A stretch of DNA of 64,000 nucleotides. It comes from Vulcanimicrobiota bacterium (GTDB lineage Bacteria > Vulcanimicrobiota > Vulcanimicrobiia > Vulcanimicrobiales > Vulcanimicrobiaceae). The stretch spans positions 192,001 through 256,000 of the forward strand of contig CAVTCS010000003.1 of the NCBI GenBank assembly GCA_963733295.1. The letters run 5' to 3'. Both the position numbers and the translations under genes were made by a program. Numbering within the stretch: the first letter of the stretch is position 1; every line of letters begins with the position of its first letter. This document shows positions 29,710-41,487 of this stretch, in pieces. The notes below the pieces were generated by a model. That model was not told the origin of the DNA. It worked only from the letters and a program-made list of their open reading frames with translations, and did not search any database.

Positions 29710-30582
29710 CTACGGGTGAGTTTCCATCGTCCTGCTAATCGAACTGCCGGAGGACGCGGAATTCACCGGACCGCCGAACGGCACGTCGTGCCAGCAGGCG
29801 AGGACCGCGGCGCCGAGGCCGACGAGCCAAACGAGCGCCATGACGGCCCAGCCGACGACGGGCAAAATCTCGGCCGCGCTGATCAGCACGAGTCCGAGCA
29901 CGAGCGCGGTGAGCGGCGAGGGCGTCGCGTGCGGCCGCGCGAGTTCGTATAAGCGCCGTCCGACGAGCAGAGCAACCGCGGCTTGTCCGATCCAAACGCC
30001 GGCGAACAACGCGGCGATCTCGAGCACGATCAGCGGTATGCCGACGATGCTCAACAGCAGCAGGATCGCGACGGGCATCACCGCGACGAGCGCCAGCGTC
30101 CCCGTTCCGGCCGAGATGACCGGATAGCGTTCGACGCGATCGAGCGCGACGCGCACGCGCACCGGAAACAACAAGAAGGCGAAAACGACGACGACGTCCC
30201 AGGCCAATTGCTCGAAGAGCCGGCGGTTTTCACCGAACACGTCGCCGGCAAAGCCGCCGGGCGTGACCCACGGCGCGAACATGCCGAGGGAACCTGAGTC
30301 GAACAGATAATTGACGGTACCGTCGATTGCGCAGTTGTCGAGTTGATCGAACGAACCGAAATAGACGTTCACGTTGCCCGAGATCGTCGCGTCGCTGCAA
30401 CTCGCCTTGGCGAAAAGGACGTTCAGGTCGCCCTCGACGTCGTCGCCGTCGATCTCGGTATTGTGGAACCACACCGTGCGGCCGTGACTGTACGTCTTCG
30501 CCGAAGCCACCGAAGCCGCAAAACCGAAGAGCACGAGCGTCAGGGCGAGCGCGGCGAGCGCCCGCAGCGAAAGGGCTCGCAT
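29710..30582 (-). CDS. Membrane protein with N-terminal bactofilin-like beta-solenoid and several TM helices
   Basis: ATG at 30582 (TGATG overlap); signal/anchor; VEGDLNV...ISGNVNV...IDGTV repeats, then hydrophobic helices. Confidence 0.7.
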   Translation of the reverse strand: MRALSLRALAALALTLVLFGFAASVASAKTYSHGRTVWFHNTEIDGDDVEGDLNVLFAKASCSDATISGNVNVYFGSFDQLDNCAIDGTVNYLFDSGSLGMFAPWVTPGGFAGDVFGENRRLFEQLAWDVVVVFAFLLFPVRVRVALDRVERYPVISAGTGTLALVAVMPVAILLLLSIVGIPLIVLEIAALFAGVWIGQAAVALLVGRRLYELARPHATPSPLTALVLGLVLISAAEILPVVGWAVMALVWLVGLGAAVLACWHDVPFGGPVNSASSGSSISRTMETHP

Positions 30583-31139
30583 CAGAAACCCGCTCGCGTG
30601 CGCGCGCTGCGGGTTGCGAATCGCGGTCGCAACAGGTTGACTCCCACGAAGACGATCGCCACCGCGACCAAGTCGAAGCCCAAGATGGCTGCCATCGCAG
30701 CCGAGACGGGAAGGCTCTGTCCGGCGAGCAGGCGCGACGTCGACTCGGCGACGGCACCGAAGGTGGCCGCTCCGCTCAGCAGCGAGCCGGTGATGAATCC
30801 GAGTGCGGAATGCGCCGAGCTTCTTCCGAGGATGAAGAAGAAGCCGATGACGCTCCAGGCAAAGGCGAGGTAGGTACCGAGAACCGGCAACGCGTGAACG
30901 CGTGAGGAGTGCGGCAGCGACAGCGTCCGCACCTCGGCCATCACCGCAAAGGCAAAGTTCGGGGCGGGCTCCAGACGCCGCGGCGTCAGTAAGAGTGCAT
31001 CGATGACGCGCAATTCGGCGAGCAGCGAACCGCACGAAGCGCAGTCCTCGACGTGCGCCGCAACGCGAGCGTGGGTTTCGAGTGGGAGCGTGCCGTCGAC
31101 GAATTCGTCGAGCAGCGGCTCAGAAGACGAGCAGCGCAT
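30582..31139 (-). CDS. Zinc-finger (zf-HC2) transmembrane anti-sigma factor
   Basis: MRC...L..FVDG.L.......AHVEDCASC (HxxxCxxC) plus two TM segments; follows the ECF sigma gene. Confidence 0.88.
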   Translation of the reverse strand: MRCSSSEPLLDEFVDGTLPLETHARVAAHVEDCASCGSLLAELRVIDALLLTPRRLEPAPNFAFAVMAEVRTLSLPHSSRVHALPVLGTYLAFAWSVIGFFFILGRSSAHSALGFITGSLLSGAATFGAVAESTSRLLAGQSLPVSAAMAAILGFDLVAVAIVFVGVNLLRPRFATRSARTRAGF

Positions 31140-31776
31140 GCTTGATTCCTCCGGACGGCGGTGTCGTGCGTGTCACGGCGCTCGACTCTTCCAGCGCGCG
31201 AGCTTCGCGGTCGCGAAGCTTCTGCGCGAGAGCGAGTTTCCCGCGGTGAATGAGAGTCTTGACGTTTCCGAGTGATAACCCCATCGTCTGCGCGATCGCT
31301 TGATACTCCATGTTGTCGTAGTAGCGCAACGCGAGGACGGTACGCGTTCGTTCCGGTAGTTCGGCGAGCGCGCCGCGCACGTCGCTCTCGGCCTCCGCAC
31401 GCAGCACGCCGCCCGCGGGGTCCGCTTCGCGCGACGTGTCGGGCAACGCGTTTTCGAGCGAGCGGTCTTCGCCGAGATCTTGAGCCTGCGGGCGGCGTAG
31501 AGACTTTCCCAAGTGCGTCCGCACGACGTTCCGGGCGATGTGGTAGATCCAGGTCGAGAAGCGGCCGAGGCTCGGGTTGAAGGTCCCGAGGTGCGCGTAC
31601 GCGCGCAAAAAAGTCTCCTGCGAGAGGTCGGCGACGTCGGCTGGGCTGCGCACTCCGGCGCTGATGAAGTTTGTAATGCCTCGCTTGTAACGGTCGACCA
31701 GAACGGCGAACCTCTCGCGGTCGCCGTCGAGAACGAGCTGGACCAACTCCTCGTCGGCCTGCCCTTCGATCGTCAT
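31120..31776 (-). CDS. ECF RNA polymerase sigma factor (SigW/SigE-like)
   Basis: DLSQETFLRAY, FSTWIYHIARN, LPE..R....LRY......Y..IA..MG.S.G.VK..IHRG; SD GGAGGAGG. Confidence 0.93.
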   Translation of the reverse strand: MTIEGQADEELVQLVLDGDRERFAVLVDRYKRGITNFISAGVRSPADVADLSQETFLRAYAHLGTFNPSLGRFSTWIYHIARNVVRTHLGKSLRRPQAQDLGEDRSLENALPDTSREADPAGGVLRAEAESDVRGALAELPERTRTVLALRYYDNMEYQAIAQTMGLSLGNVKTLIHRGKLALAQKLRDREARALEESSAVTRTTPPSGGIKHALLVF

Positions 31777-31803
31777 CCTCCTCCGATTCTTGATTCCGCC
31801 CGT

Positions 31804-31830
31804 TCTACCATTGGATGGCGTAAAGGTTGC
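31804..31830 (-). promoter_or_regulatory. Candidate ECF-type autoregulatory promoter (GCAACC-N15-GGTAGA)
   Basis: Minus strand GCAACCtttacgccatccaatGGTAGA directly upstream of the ECF sigma gene; AAC/-35 and GTA/-10 pattern typical of ECF promoters. Confidence 0.45.
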
Positions 31831-31886
31831 GCGGGGCCGTTTTGGCGCCGAGATGAGCCCCCGTCGAGCGCGCGGAACGGCGCCCT

Positions 31887-33452
31887 ATGGAGCTCGCAAT
31901 CGATCGCGGCATCGTCGCGGACGCGCGCCGGCTGGCCGGGGCGATCGTCGACCCGGTCGAGGTCTTCATCCGCGCCCACTCGACCGTCGCCGTCGAGCGC
32001 GCCGTCCTTCGGTTGCTCGACATCGACGGCGTCGGCGCCGATGAGGTGCCCATGCCGAACCTATTCCTCGACCGGCTGGGGCCGGAGCGGCGGCGTTCCG
32101 GGTCGGCCGCTTGGCTCGGCGCTCTGGTGGCCGAAACCGGCCGCGGCCCCGGTGAGCTCGCTCGCGAGGTCGTCTCGGGCGCGTTGCCGATCGAGAAAGC
32201 CGGCGGCGTGCCGGCGGAAGCGGCCCGCGCCGCGCTCGCGCCGCATCTCCGGCGCGGCCTCGAGCGCGTGGCAGCGCGGCGCGACGAGCGCGCGCGCTTC
32301 TTAGCGAGGCTGCCGCAAGGACCGGCGCCGCTGCTGTACGTGATCGTGGCGAGCGGAAACATCTACGAGGATCGCACGGCCGCAGTCGCCGCAGCCGAAG
32401 CCGGCGCGCAAATCATCGCCGTCATACGCTCGACGGGTCAGTCGTTGCTCGACTACGTCCCTTACGGCGCGACGACCGAGGGTTTCGGCGGGACGTATGC
32501 GACCCAAGAGAATTTCCGCATCATGCGCGAGGCGCTCGACGCGGTCTCCGAGCGCTTAGAGCGCTACGTGATGCTGACGAACTACGCCAGCGGGTTGTGC
32601 ATGCCGGAGATCGCGGCGATTGCGGCGCTGGAGCGTCTCGACATGCTCCTCAACGACTCGATGTATGGAATTCTCTTCCGCGACATCAACATGAAGCGCA
32701 CGTTCGTCGACCAGCATTTCTCGCGCATGCTCAACGGGTACTCCGGCATCGTCATCAATACCGGCGAGGACAACTACCTAACGACCGCCGACGCGGTCGA
32801 GCAGGCACCGGCCGTTCTGGCTTCGCAGTTCATCAACGAGGAGTTCGCGCACCGGGCCGGGATGCCGGACGCACAGATCGGCCTAGGCGACGCGTACGAG
32901 ATCGATCCGGATCTCGAGGACGGCTTCTTGTTCGCCGTCGCGCAGGCTCAATTGGCGCGTCAGATCTTCCCCGCATCGCCTTTGAAGTACATGCCGCCGA
33001 CCAAACACATGACGGGCGACATCTTCAAGGGACATCTGATCGATGCGCTCTTCAACTTGACCTCGGTCATGACGAAGCAAACGATTCACCTCTGCGGCAT
33101 GCCGACGGAGGCGATCCACACCCCGTTCTTGGGCGACCGGGCCCTGTCGCTCGAGAACGCTCGCTACGTGATGGGAACGGCCCGGCACTTCGGCGACGAG
33201 ATCGAGTTCAAACGGGGCGGAATCGTGGAGCGCCGCGCGCAGACGGTGCTGCGCGAAGCGCACGCGCTCTTGGAACGGATCGCCGGCACTGGACTGATGG
33301 CGGCGATCGAGTCGCGCTATTTTGCGGACGTATCGCGCCCGCCCGACGGAGGTCGCGGGGCCGAGGGCGTCTTCGAACGCGCCCCCGGCTATTGGAATCC
33401 GTTCGAGGAAGCGCTTTCGCCCTTCGGTTCCACCTCCGGCGTGAAGGGTTAG
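31887..33452 (+). CDS. kamD: D-lysine / L-beta-lysine 5,6-aminomutase alpha subunit
   Basis: HSTVAVERAV.RLL.IDG, YVIVASGNIYED, IRSTGQSLLDYVPYGATTEGFGGTYATQENF, NYASGLCMPE, KYMPPTK. Confidence 0.95.
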   Translation: MELAIDRGIVADARRLAGAIVDPVEVFIRAHSTVAVERAVLRLLDIDGVGADEVPMPNLFLDRLGPERRRSGSAAWLGALVAETGRGPGELAREVVSGALPIEKAGGVPAEAARAALAPHLRRGLERVAARRDERARFLARLPQGPAPLLYVIVASGNIYEDRTAAVAAAEAGAQIIAVIRSTGQSLLDYVPYGATTEGFGGTYATQENFRIMREALDAVSERLERYVMLTNYASGLCMPEIAAIAALERLDMLLNDSMYGILFRDINMKRTFVDQHFSRMLNGYSGIVINTGEDNYLTTADAVEQAPAVLASQFINEEFAHRAGMPDAQIGLGDAYEIDPDLEDGFLFAVAQAQLARQIFPASPLKYMPPTKHMTGDIFKGHLIDALFNLTSVMTKQTIHLCGMPTEAIHTPFLGDRALSLENARYVMGTARHFGDEIEFKRGGIVERRAQTVLREAHALLERIAGTGLMAAIESRYFADVSRPPDGGRGAEGVFERAPGYWNPFEEALSPFGSTSGVKG

Positions 33453-33463
33453 GATCGTACGCG

Positions 33464-34201
33464 ATGAGCGAGGCGGTCAGGCCCTACGGCGACACGGTTG
33501 GCGACGGAAAGGTCCAGCTCTCGTTTACGCTGCCCATCGAGTGGAGCGAGGCGGCCGACGAAGCCGCGCGGCAGCTGGTCGTCAAGATGGGTTTCTCGGA
33601 TGTGGCGGTCGCGGAAGGCCGGCGCATCGCAAGCGGCTTTTCGTTTTTCGTGGTATACGCCAGCACGCCGGCGGAGGTCGACCTCTCGCTGGTCGGCGCG
33701 CCGTCGGCCTCGGCGCACGCGCTCTCGATGAACGAGATCGACGCGCTGATACGCGAGCGAATCGGCCGCAAGGTGCGCGTCGCCGGCGCCTGCATCGGCA
33801 CCGACGCGCACACGGTCGGCATCGACGCGATCCTCAATATGAAGGGCTACAAAGGCGACTACGGACTCGAGCGCTACAAGGAGTTCGTCACCTTCAACTT
33901 GGGTAGCCAGATTTCGGTCGAGGAACTCGTGCGTTTCGTGAAAGCGAACGCGATCGACGCAGTGCTCGTCTCGCAAGTCGTCACCCAAAAGGGAAGCGAC
34001 ATCGCGAACTTTACGGCATTGGCCGAACTGCTCGAAGCGGAGGGTTTGCGCGACGACGTGCTGCTGATCGCGGGAGGTCCGCGGGTGACGAATCTCCTCG
34101 CTGCCGAGCTCGGCTACGACGCCGGTTTCGGGCGCAACACTTTGCCGAGCGACGTCGCCACGTTCATCGCGCAACGGCTCGTCGAAAGAGTCCCCGCCTG
34201 A
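33464..34201 (+). CDS. kamE: Lysine 5,6-aminomutase beta subunit (cobalamin-binding)
   Basis: PYGDT..DG.VQLSFTLP; DAHTVG (DxHxxG B12 ligand); NMKG PLP lysine, YGLERY. Confidence 0.95.
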   Translation: MSEAVRPYGDTVGDGKVQLSFTLPIEWSEAADEAARQLVVKMGFSDVAVAEGRRIASGFSFFVVYASTPAEVDLSLVGAPSASAHALSMNEIDALIRERIGRKVRVAGACIGTDAHTVGIDAILNMKGYKGDYGLERYKEFVTFNLGSQISVEELVRFVKANAIDAVLVSQVVTQKGSDIANFTALAELLEAEGLRDDVLLIAGGPRVTNLLAAELGYDAGFGRNTLPSDVATFIAQRLVERVPA

Positions 34202-35712
34202 GCTTCGCGCTGCGCTCGCTCCGCAGCTTGGTTGCGGCGTCGTTCGTCGCGCTTGCCGTCCTCGACGGAGCGCTGCGCAGCACCGCTGCGACCCCTCCTC
34301 CCGCGTTCGTGACGACGCCGCCCAGCGCGGAGCCTAGTCCGGCGGTTCCAATCGTCGTTCCCGCGCTCGGCGGCGATGCCTGGACGCCCGAGCGAATAGT
34401 GGCGCTGCAACGCGACCTGGATGCGATGCTCGATAGCGCGGCAACGATTCGCGGAGCGCACGTCGGCGTGCTCGCAATCGACACGAAAAGCGGCGTCCCG
34501 ATCTATCAGCGCAATGCCGAGGATGCGTTTCAGCCGGCCTCCACGCTGAAGCTCGTTGTCGGCAGTGCCGCTCTCGATCGACTCGGCACCGCGTTTCATT
34601 TTACGACGCAGGGTTATGCGAGCGCGGCATCTCGGGCGATCCTCCTGCTTGCCGGAGGCGATCCGTTCTTGACGACCGCCGATCTGGGCGGCTTTGCGGA
34701 AGCGGTCGCGAAGCAAGGCGTTCCCCGGCTCGTTTTCGCGCTCGACGCCTCGCGCTACGATTCGCAAGCGCACGCCATGGGGTGGACTTGGGACGATTTC
34801 GCGTATGGCTACGCGGCGCCGATCTCGGCGATTGCGCTGAACGAAAACGTCGTTCGCATCGAGGTCCGGCCCGGTGCTCGACCCGGTGAGAAAGCGCGCG
34901 TGTCGTTCGCGTCGACCGAGCCGCCCGTTCTTGGCGGGGCGGTCACTTTGAAAGCGGGGAGCGAGAGCACGCTCGACGTTTCTGTGGCAGGCCACTCCAT
35001 CGTGCTCGGCGGAGGGATCGCTGCAGGCTCCGCGCCGGAGAGCATCGACGCGGCGGTCCCCGATGCAAGCAGGTACGCGTTCGAAGTCGCCGCGCAACTC
35101 TTGCAAGAGCGTCACGTCCTCGTTTCGCAGGCGGCTGCCGCCGACGCCCCCTTTTCCGGCGCTCGTTTGGTGTGGTCGCACGACTCGCCACCGCTCGCGC
35201 AGTTTCTCGGACCGCGCTTCTGGATCCCGAGCGATAATTTGGTGGCCGAGCTGCTGCTCAAGGAACTCGGCTACGAGACCGGCGGCGCACCCGGAACGAC
35301 CGAAAAGGGCGTCGCCTTCGAAAATAAGTGGCTGCAATCGATCGGCGTGGATCCGGCGACGACGACGCTCGCCGACGGAAGCGGGATGTCGCAGTACGAC
35401 CGCATCACGCCGCGCGATCTCGTCGCGATCTTGCAGCACGATTGGAACGGGCCGTATCGCGATCTCGTGCTGAACTCATTGCCGGTCGGCGCCGCCCGCG
35501 GCACGATCGAGGGCATCGCCGGAACTCCGGCCGCGGGCCGCGTGTTTGCCAAGACGGGAAGCATGATGCACATTCGCGGCCTGGCGGGTTATCTTGCGAC
35601 CGAGCACCACGGCGCGGTCACGTTCGTTTTCACCGTCGACGATTGGCTTGGCGACTATCCCGCTTTGGCGGCCTTGCGGGCGAGCGTGCTCTCGCGCATC
35701 GTGCAAGACTGA
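34198..35712 (+). CDS. dacB: D-alanyl-D-alanine carboxypeptidase/endopeptidase (PBP4, peptidase S13); start CTG 34198 or TTG 34228
   Basis: PASTLK (SxxK), SDN, DGSGMS..D, AKTGS; signal peptide. Confidence 0.92.
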   Translation: MSFALRSLRSLVAASFVALAVLDGALRSTAATPPPAFVTTPPSAEPSPAVPIVVPALGGDAWTPERIVALQRDLDAMLDSAATIRGAHVGVLAIDTKSGVPIYQRNAEDAFQPASTLKLVVGSAALDRLGTAFHFTTQGYASAASRAILLLAGGDPFLTTADLGGFAEAVAKQGVPRLVFALDASRYDSQAHAMGWTWDDFAYGYAAPISAIALNENVVRIEVRPGARPGEKARVSFASTEPPVLGGAVTLKAGSESTLDVSVAGHSIVLGGGIAAGSAPESIDAAVPDASRYAFEVAAQLLQERHVLVSQAAAADAPFSGARLVWSHDSPPLAQFLGPRFWIPSDNLVAELLLKELGYETGGAPGTTEKGVAFENKWLQSIGVDPATTTLADGSGMSQYDRITPRDLVAILQHDWNGPYRDLVLNSLPVGAARGTIEGIAGTPAAGRVFAKTGSMMHIRGLAGYLATEHHGAVTFVFTVDDWLGDYPALAALRASVLSRIVQD

Positions 35713-36707
35713 TGCTGGGCGAAAACCTGGAACGCGAGATCCGCGAACAACCCAACGTCTGGCGCCGGCTGGCGCGCGAGAACTACGCGCAACAGCTCGC
35801 ACGTGCGTTGCTCGGACAGACCGTGTTGCTGTTGGGTAGCGGCAGTTCGCTTTTCATGGCCCGTCTCGGCGCGCTCGCGCTGCGCCGGCGGGGCGTACAC
35901 GCGGCGGCACTTGCTGCGACCGAAGCAATCTTCGACGGAACGCTCTACCGGCGCGGTACGATCGTCGCCCTTTCGCAGAGCGGTCGTTCCGCCGACGTGT
36001 TGAACGCGCTCGACCTCCTCGAACCGTCGGTGCTCGTCGCCTTGACCAACGACGTGAGTTCGCCGCTCGCGGGCCGCGCCGATTTGCTGATCGGGCTCGA
36101 CGCCGGGCGCGAACTCGCGGTACCCGCTACGAAAAGCGTCACCGCGATGGCTGCGATCTTGCTCTGGGCGGCCGGGCTCACGACGGGCGCGACCGAGCGC
36201 AACGAACGCACGTTGAACGAGACGGCCGATACGGTCGAAGCGTGGCTGCAAAGTTCAGCTCTCGAAGCCCTGGTCGAGTTCGCCGCGCTCCTTGCACGGC
36301 GGCGCAGCGTCGCGGTCGTCGGAGCCGGGTACGGAGTACCAATTGCGTCGGAGATCGCGCTCAAGATCAAGGAGTCGAGCTACTTGCACGCTGAGGGGTT
36401 CGCCGCAGGCGAGTTCCGCCACGGAAGCGCCGCGATCTTGGACGCGGAAACGGCGCTCCTCGGGATCGTCGACGAAGCGTCGCGCGCCATCGTCGGGCGT
36501 CCTCTCGCGGAAGCGGAGCGCACCCGCACCGTGCGCGCGACGATCGGCGGCAAGGTCGAAGGCATCACGCTCTTAGGTCCGCTCGCCGGGGAAGCGTTCA
36601 ACACGTTGGCATGGCTCGTGACCGGTCAGTGCCTCGCGCTCGCACTGGGCCGCGTGCGCGGCGTCGACAGCGACGCTCCTCGCGGCCTCAGCAAATTCGT
36701 CGTCTGA
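35712..36707 (+). CDS. Double SIS-domain protein (GlmS isomerase-only / glucosamine-6-P deaminase-like)
   Basis: EIREQP, GSGSS, SQSGRS, AG.ELAVPATKS, ALKIKE, EFRHG, PRGLSK; no glutaminase domain. Confidence 0.85.
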   Translation: MLGENLEREIREQPNVWRRLARENYAQQLARALLGQTVLLLGSGSSLFMARLGALALRRRGVHAAALAATEAIFDGTLYRRGTIVALSQSGRSADVLNALDLLEPSVLVALTNDVSSPLAGRADLLIGLDAGRELAVPATKSVTAMAAILLWAAGLTTGATERNERTLNETADTVEAWLQSSALEALVEFAALLARRRSVAVVGAGYGVPIASEIALKIKESSYLHAEGFAAGEFRHGSAAILDAETALLGIVDEASRAIVGRPLAEAERTRTVRATIGGKVEGITLLGPLAGEAFNTLAWLVTGQCLALALGRVRGVDSDAPRGLSKFVV

Positions 36708-36765
36708 AGGATGCGCCGGGTAGCTTGGGAACGGGGCCGAAAGCGAGTCCGAGGGGTTGAAGTGA

Positions 36766-38444
<1,679 letters not shown>

Positions 38445-38456
38445 GAACGGGAACGC

Positions 38457-39401
38457 GTGCGCGCACTGATCACCGGCGGGAATGGTTTTGTGGGAAAACA
38501 TCTCGCCGCGGCCTTGCGCGCACAAGGAGCCGGCGTCGTAACTGCCGGTCGCGCCGGCGACGGCGACGTCGGCGCGGTCGACCTCGCGCTCGAATTGAAC
38601 GACGCCGAAAGCGTGCGCGCGGCACTCGAAGCGGCCCAGCCCGACGTCGTGTTTCATCTCGCAGCGCAGACCTTCGTGCCCGAAGCGACGCGCGATCCGC
38701 TGACGACCTATGAGATCAACGCTCTCGGAACGGCGCGCCTGTACGACGCGCTGCGCCGGCAGAAGGGCCGGCCGATGCCGCGCGTGCTCGTGGCGAGCTC
38801 GGGAGAGGTGTACGGCGCGCGCGACGCCGCCGAACAGCCGCTGCGCGAAAGCCTCGCGCCGAGTCCGATGACCACCTATGCCGCTTCGAAGGTCGCGAGC
38901 GAAGCGATCGCGCTGGCTTCCTTTCGGACGTATGGGATCCCGACGATCGTGACGCGCGCCTTCAACCACATCGGTCCCGGACAAAGCGAGCGCTTCGCGG
39001 TCGCATCCTTCGCGCGCGGCCTCGCTGCGATAGCCGCCGGGGGCAAGCCGGTGCTCGAAGTGGGGAACCTTACGACGCGGCGCGATTTCCTCGACGTGCG
39101 CGACGTCGTCGAAGCCTACATCGCGCTCGCCGCTCGCGGAGCGGACGGCGAAACCTACAACGTGTGCAGCGGCACGGCGGTCGCGCTGCAAGAAGTGCTC
39201 CGTCAGCTGATCATGACCGCACGCGTGGCGGTGGAAGTGCGCGAAGATCCGGACAAGCTGCGCCCGAGCGACGTGCCGCTGGCCTACGGCGACAACGCGA
39301 AGCTCCGCGCCGCGACGGGCTGGCGGCCGCGCTACACGCTCGCGCAATCGCTGCGCGACGTCTATCAGGACGCGTGCGAGCGTCCGGCGCCGGCGCCATG
39401 A
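38457..39401 (+). CDS. rmd: GDP-4-keto-6-deoxy-D-mannose reductase-like SDR (GDP-D-rhamnose / 6-deoxytalose synthesis)
   Basis: GGNGFVG, HLAAQ, SSGEVYG, YAASK, RAFNHIGPGQ, GNL...RDF.DVRD; directly after gmd. Confidence 0.75.
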   Translation: MRALITGGNGFVGKHLAAALRAQGAGVVTAGRAGDGDVGAVDLALELNDAESVRAALEAAQPDVVFHLAAQTFVPEATRDPLTTYEINALGTARLYDALRRQKGRPMPRVLVASSGEVYGARDAAEQPLRESLAPSPMTTYAASKVASEAIALASFRTYGIPTIVTRAFNHIGPGQSERFAVASFARGLAAIAAGGKPVLEVGNLTTRRDFLDVRDVVEAYIALAARGADGETYNVCSGTAVALQEVLRQLIMTARVAVEVREDPDKLRPSDVPLAYGDNAKLRAATGWRPRYTLAQSLRDVYQDACERPAPAP

Positions 39402-40606
39402 ACGTCGCGTACGTCGAAATGATCGGTGGCGCCAGCGGAAACATGCTGATCGGCGCGCTGCTGGACGCGGGCGGCGAACGTGGCGCACTCGAGAGCGCGC
39501 TGCGCACGATCCCCGTGGAGGGCTGGAGCATCGAACAGCGTCGCGTCGACAAGCGCGGTATCGCGGCGACGTTCTTCGATTTCAAGATCCCGGGCGAAGA
39601 CCACGACCACGGCGCTCACGATCACGCGCACGCGCACGAGCCGCGCGCGCAGCGTAAACTCTCCGGCGTGCTCGAGACGATCCAGCGCAGCGGCCTCACG
39701 CAGAAACAGAAGTCGCGCGCCGCGGCGATCTACACGCGCTTGGGTGAAGCGGAGGCGCGCGTGCACGGAATCTCGCTCGCCGAGATTCATTTTCACGAGG
39801 TCGGCCAGGTCGACGCCATTCTCGACGTCGCGGGCGTCTGTATCTTGCTCGATCAGCTCGAGGTCGAGGAGGTCGCCTGTTCGGCCTTTCCGATCGGCAG
39901 CGGAACGATCTTGATGCAGCACGGACTCTACCCGAATCCGCCACCCGCGACCGCCGAGCTGCTGCGCGGCGCGCCGACGTTCGCGGCGCCGGTCGAAGGC
40001 GAGATGGTCACGACGACCGGCGCGGCGATCCTCACGGCGCTCGTCGCTTCGCCCGGAGAACGTCCGCCGATGCGCGCGACGCGGATCGGCTACGGTGCGG
40101 GGCGCTCGGACTTTCCGCTTCCGAACGTGCTGCGCGTCTCGATCGGAACGAAGCTCGAGGCACCCGGCGCGAGCGACGAAGTCGTGGTCCTCGAAGCCAA
40201 CATCGACGACATGTCGCCGCAGCACTTCGAGCTTGCGATCGAGCGCGTTTTGGCGGCCGGCGCCTACGACGTGTGGTTGGCCCCGGTGACGATGAAAAAG
40301 TCGCGCCCGGCGATCCTGTTCGGAGCGATCGCGCCCTCCGAGCTCGAGGCCGCCGTCGCCCGCGCGATGCTGCTCGAAACGAGCACGCTCGGCGTGCGGG
40401 CCCGGCGCGAGCGGCGCCACGTGCTGGAACGGCGGATCGAGTCGCTTGCAACCGAATTCGGTCCGGTACGGGTAAAGATAGCCGACGCCGCCGGGTCGGT
40501 CCGCCGTACGCTCGAATACGACGACGTCGTGCGAATCGCGCGCGAACGGCAGCTGCCGATCGCGGAAGTCGCGGCTCGCCTCGAGGAGCTCCTCCCCCCG
40601 CCATGA
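39398..40606 (+). CDS. larC: Nickel insertase LarC (full-length, single ORF)
   Basis: GASGNM.IGAL.D.G, His-rich DHDHGAHDHAHAH, IHFHEVG..DAI.D, EANIDD, MKKSRP, ETSTLG.R, EYDD. Confidence 0.95.
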   Translation: MNVAYVEMIGGASGNMLIGALLDAGGERGALESALRTIPVEGWSIEQRRVDKRGIAATFFDFKIPGEDHDHGAHDHAHAHEPRAQRKLSGVLETIQRSGLTQKQKSRAAAIYTRLGEAEARVHGISLAEIHFHEVGQVDAILDVAGVCILLDQLEVEEVACSAFPIGSGTILMQHGLYPNPPPATAELLRGAPTFAAPVEGEMVTTTGAAILTALVASPGERPPMRATRIGYGAGRSDFPLPNVLRVSIGTKLEAPGASDEVVVLEANIDDMSPQHFELAIERVLAAGAYDVWLAPVTMKKSRPAILFGAIAPSELEAAVARAMLLETSTLGVRARRERRHVLERRIESLATEFGPVRVKIADAAGSVRRTLEYDDVVRIARERQLPIAEVAARLEELLPPP

Positions 40607-41427
40607 TCGTCCTGGAAGATCTCGACCGCAAGGAGCGCCGGCTCCGCGATCTCGTCCGTTCGCTGGACAGCGTCGTCGTGGCGTTTTCGGGCGGGGTCGA
40701 TTCGGCGCTCGTTCTGAAAATCGCCGGCGACGAACTCGGGGAGCGGGCGCTCGGCGTCACCGGCCGTTCGGAGAGCCTGGCCGAGAGCGAACTCGAGGAA
40801 GCGCTGGGCTTTGCCGCCGCGGTCGGGGCGCGCCACGAAGTGCTCGAGACGCGCGAACTCGACGATCCGAACTATCGGGCAAATCCCGAAAACCGATGTT
40901 ACTTCTGTAAGAAAGAACTCTACGGCCGCTTGAGCGAGATCGCGCGCGAGCGCGGCGCGAAGTGGATCGTGGACGGCTTCAATCTCGACGACGCGGGCGA
41001 TTGGCGCCCCGGCCGCAAGGCAGCCGGCGAATACGCCGTGCGCAGTCCCTTGGCCGAAGCCGGCTTCGGGAAGAGCGAGGTGCGCGCGTTGGCGAAGAAG
41101 CTCGGGCTCGAGGTGTGGGACAAACCCGCTCTGGCTTGCTTGTCATCGCGCTTTCCGTACGGAACGCCGATTACGCTGGAACTCTTGCAGCAAGTCGATC
41201 GCGCCGAACAAGCCGTTCGCTCGGCCGGCATCCGAGTGTGCCGGGTGCGCCATCACGGCGAGGTCGCGCGCATCGAAGTTCCCGAATCGGAGATCGAACG
41301 GCTCGCCGAGCGCGAGGTGCGCGAGCGCGTCGTGGCCGGCGTCAAGGCGGCGGGCTACCGCTACGTCTCGCTCGATTTGGGCGGCTACGTCTCGGGAAAT
41401 CTCAACCTGCGGACTCCGAGTGGCTGA
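40603..41427 (+). CDS. larE: ATP-dependent sulfur transferase LarE ([4Fe-4S]-type cysteine pattern)
   Basis: SGGVDS PP-loop, NRCYFCK, D.RPG, ACLSSRFPYG, RVRHHG. Confidence 0.95.
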   Translation: MIVLEDLDRKERRLRDLVRSLDSVVVAFSGGVDSALVLKIAGDELGERALGVTGRSESLAESELEEALGFAAAVGARHEVLETRELDDPNYRANPENRCYFCKKELYGRLSEIARERGAKWIVDGFNLDDAGDWRPGRKAAGEYAVRSPLAEAGFGKSEVRALAKKLGLEVWDKPALACLSSRFPYGTPITLELLQQVDRAEQAVRSAGIRVCRVRHHGEVARIEVPESEIERLAEREVRERVVAGVKAAGYRYVSLDLGGYVSGNLNLRTPSG

Positions 41428-41487
41428 GGCGCCGGATGACGCGGCGTCGCGGATTGGCGCAACACCGTCTTTGCCAATCGCGGAGCG

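Noticed and set aside
39398..40606. Programmed frameshift in larC as known from Lactiplantibacillus
   Set aside because: larC here is a single uninterrupted ORF containing both domains.
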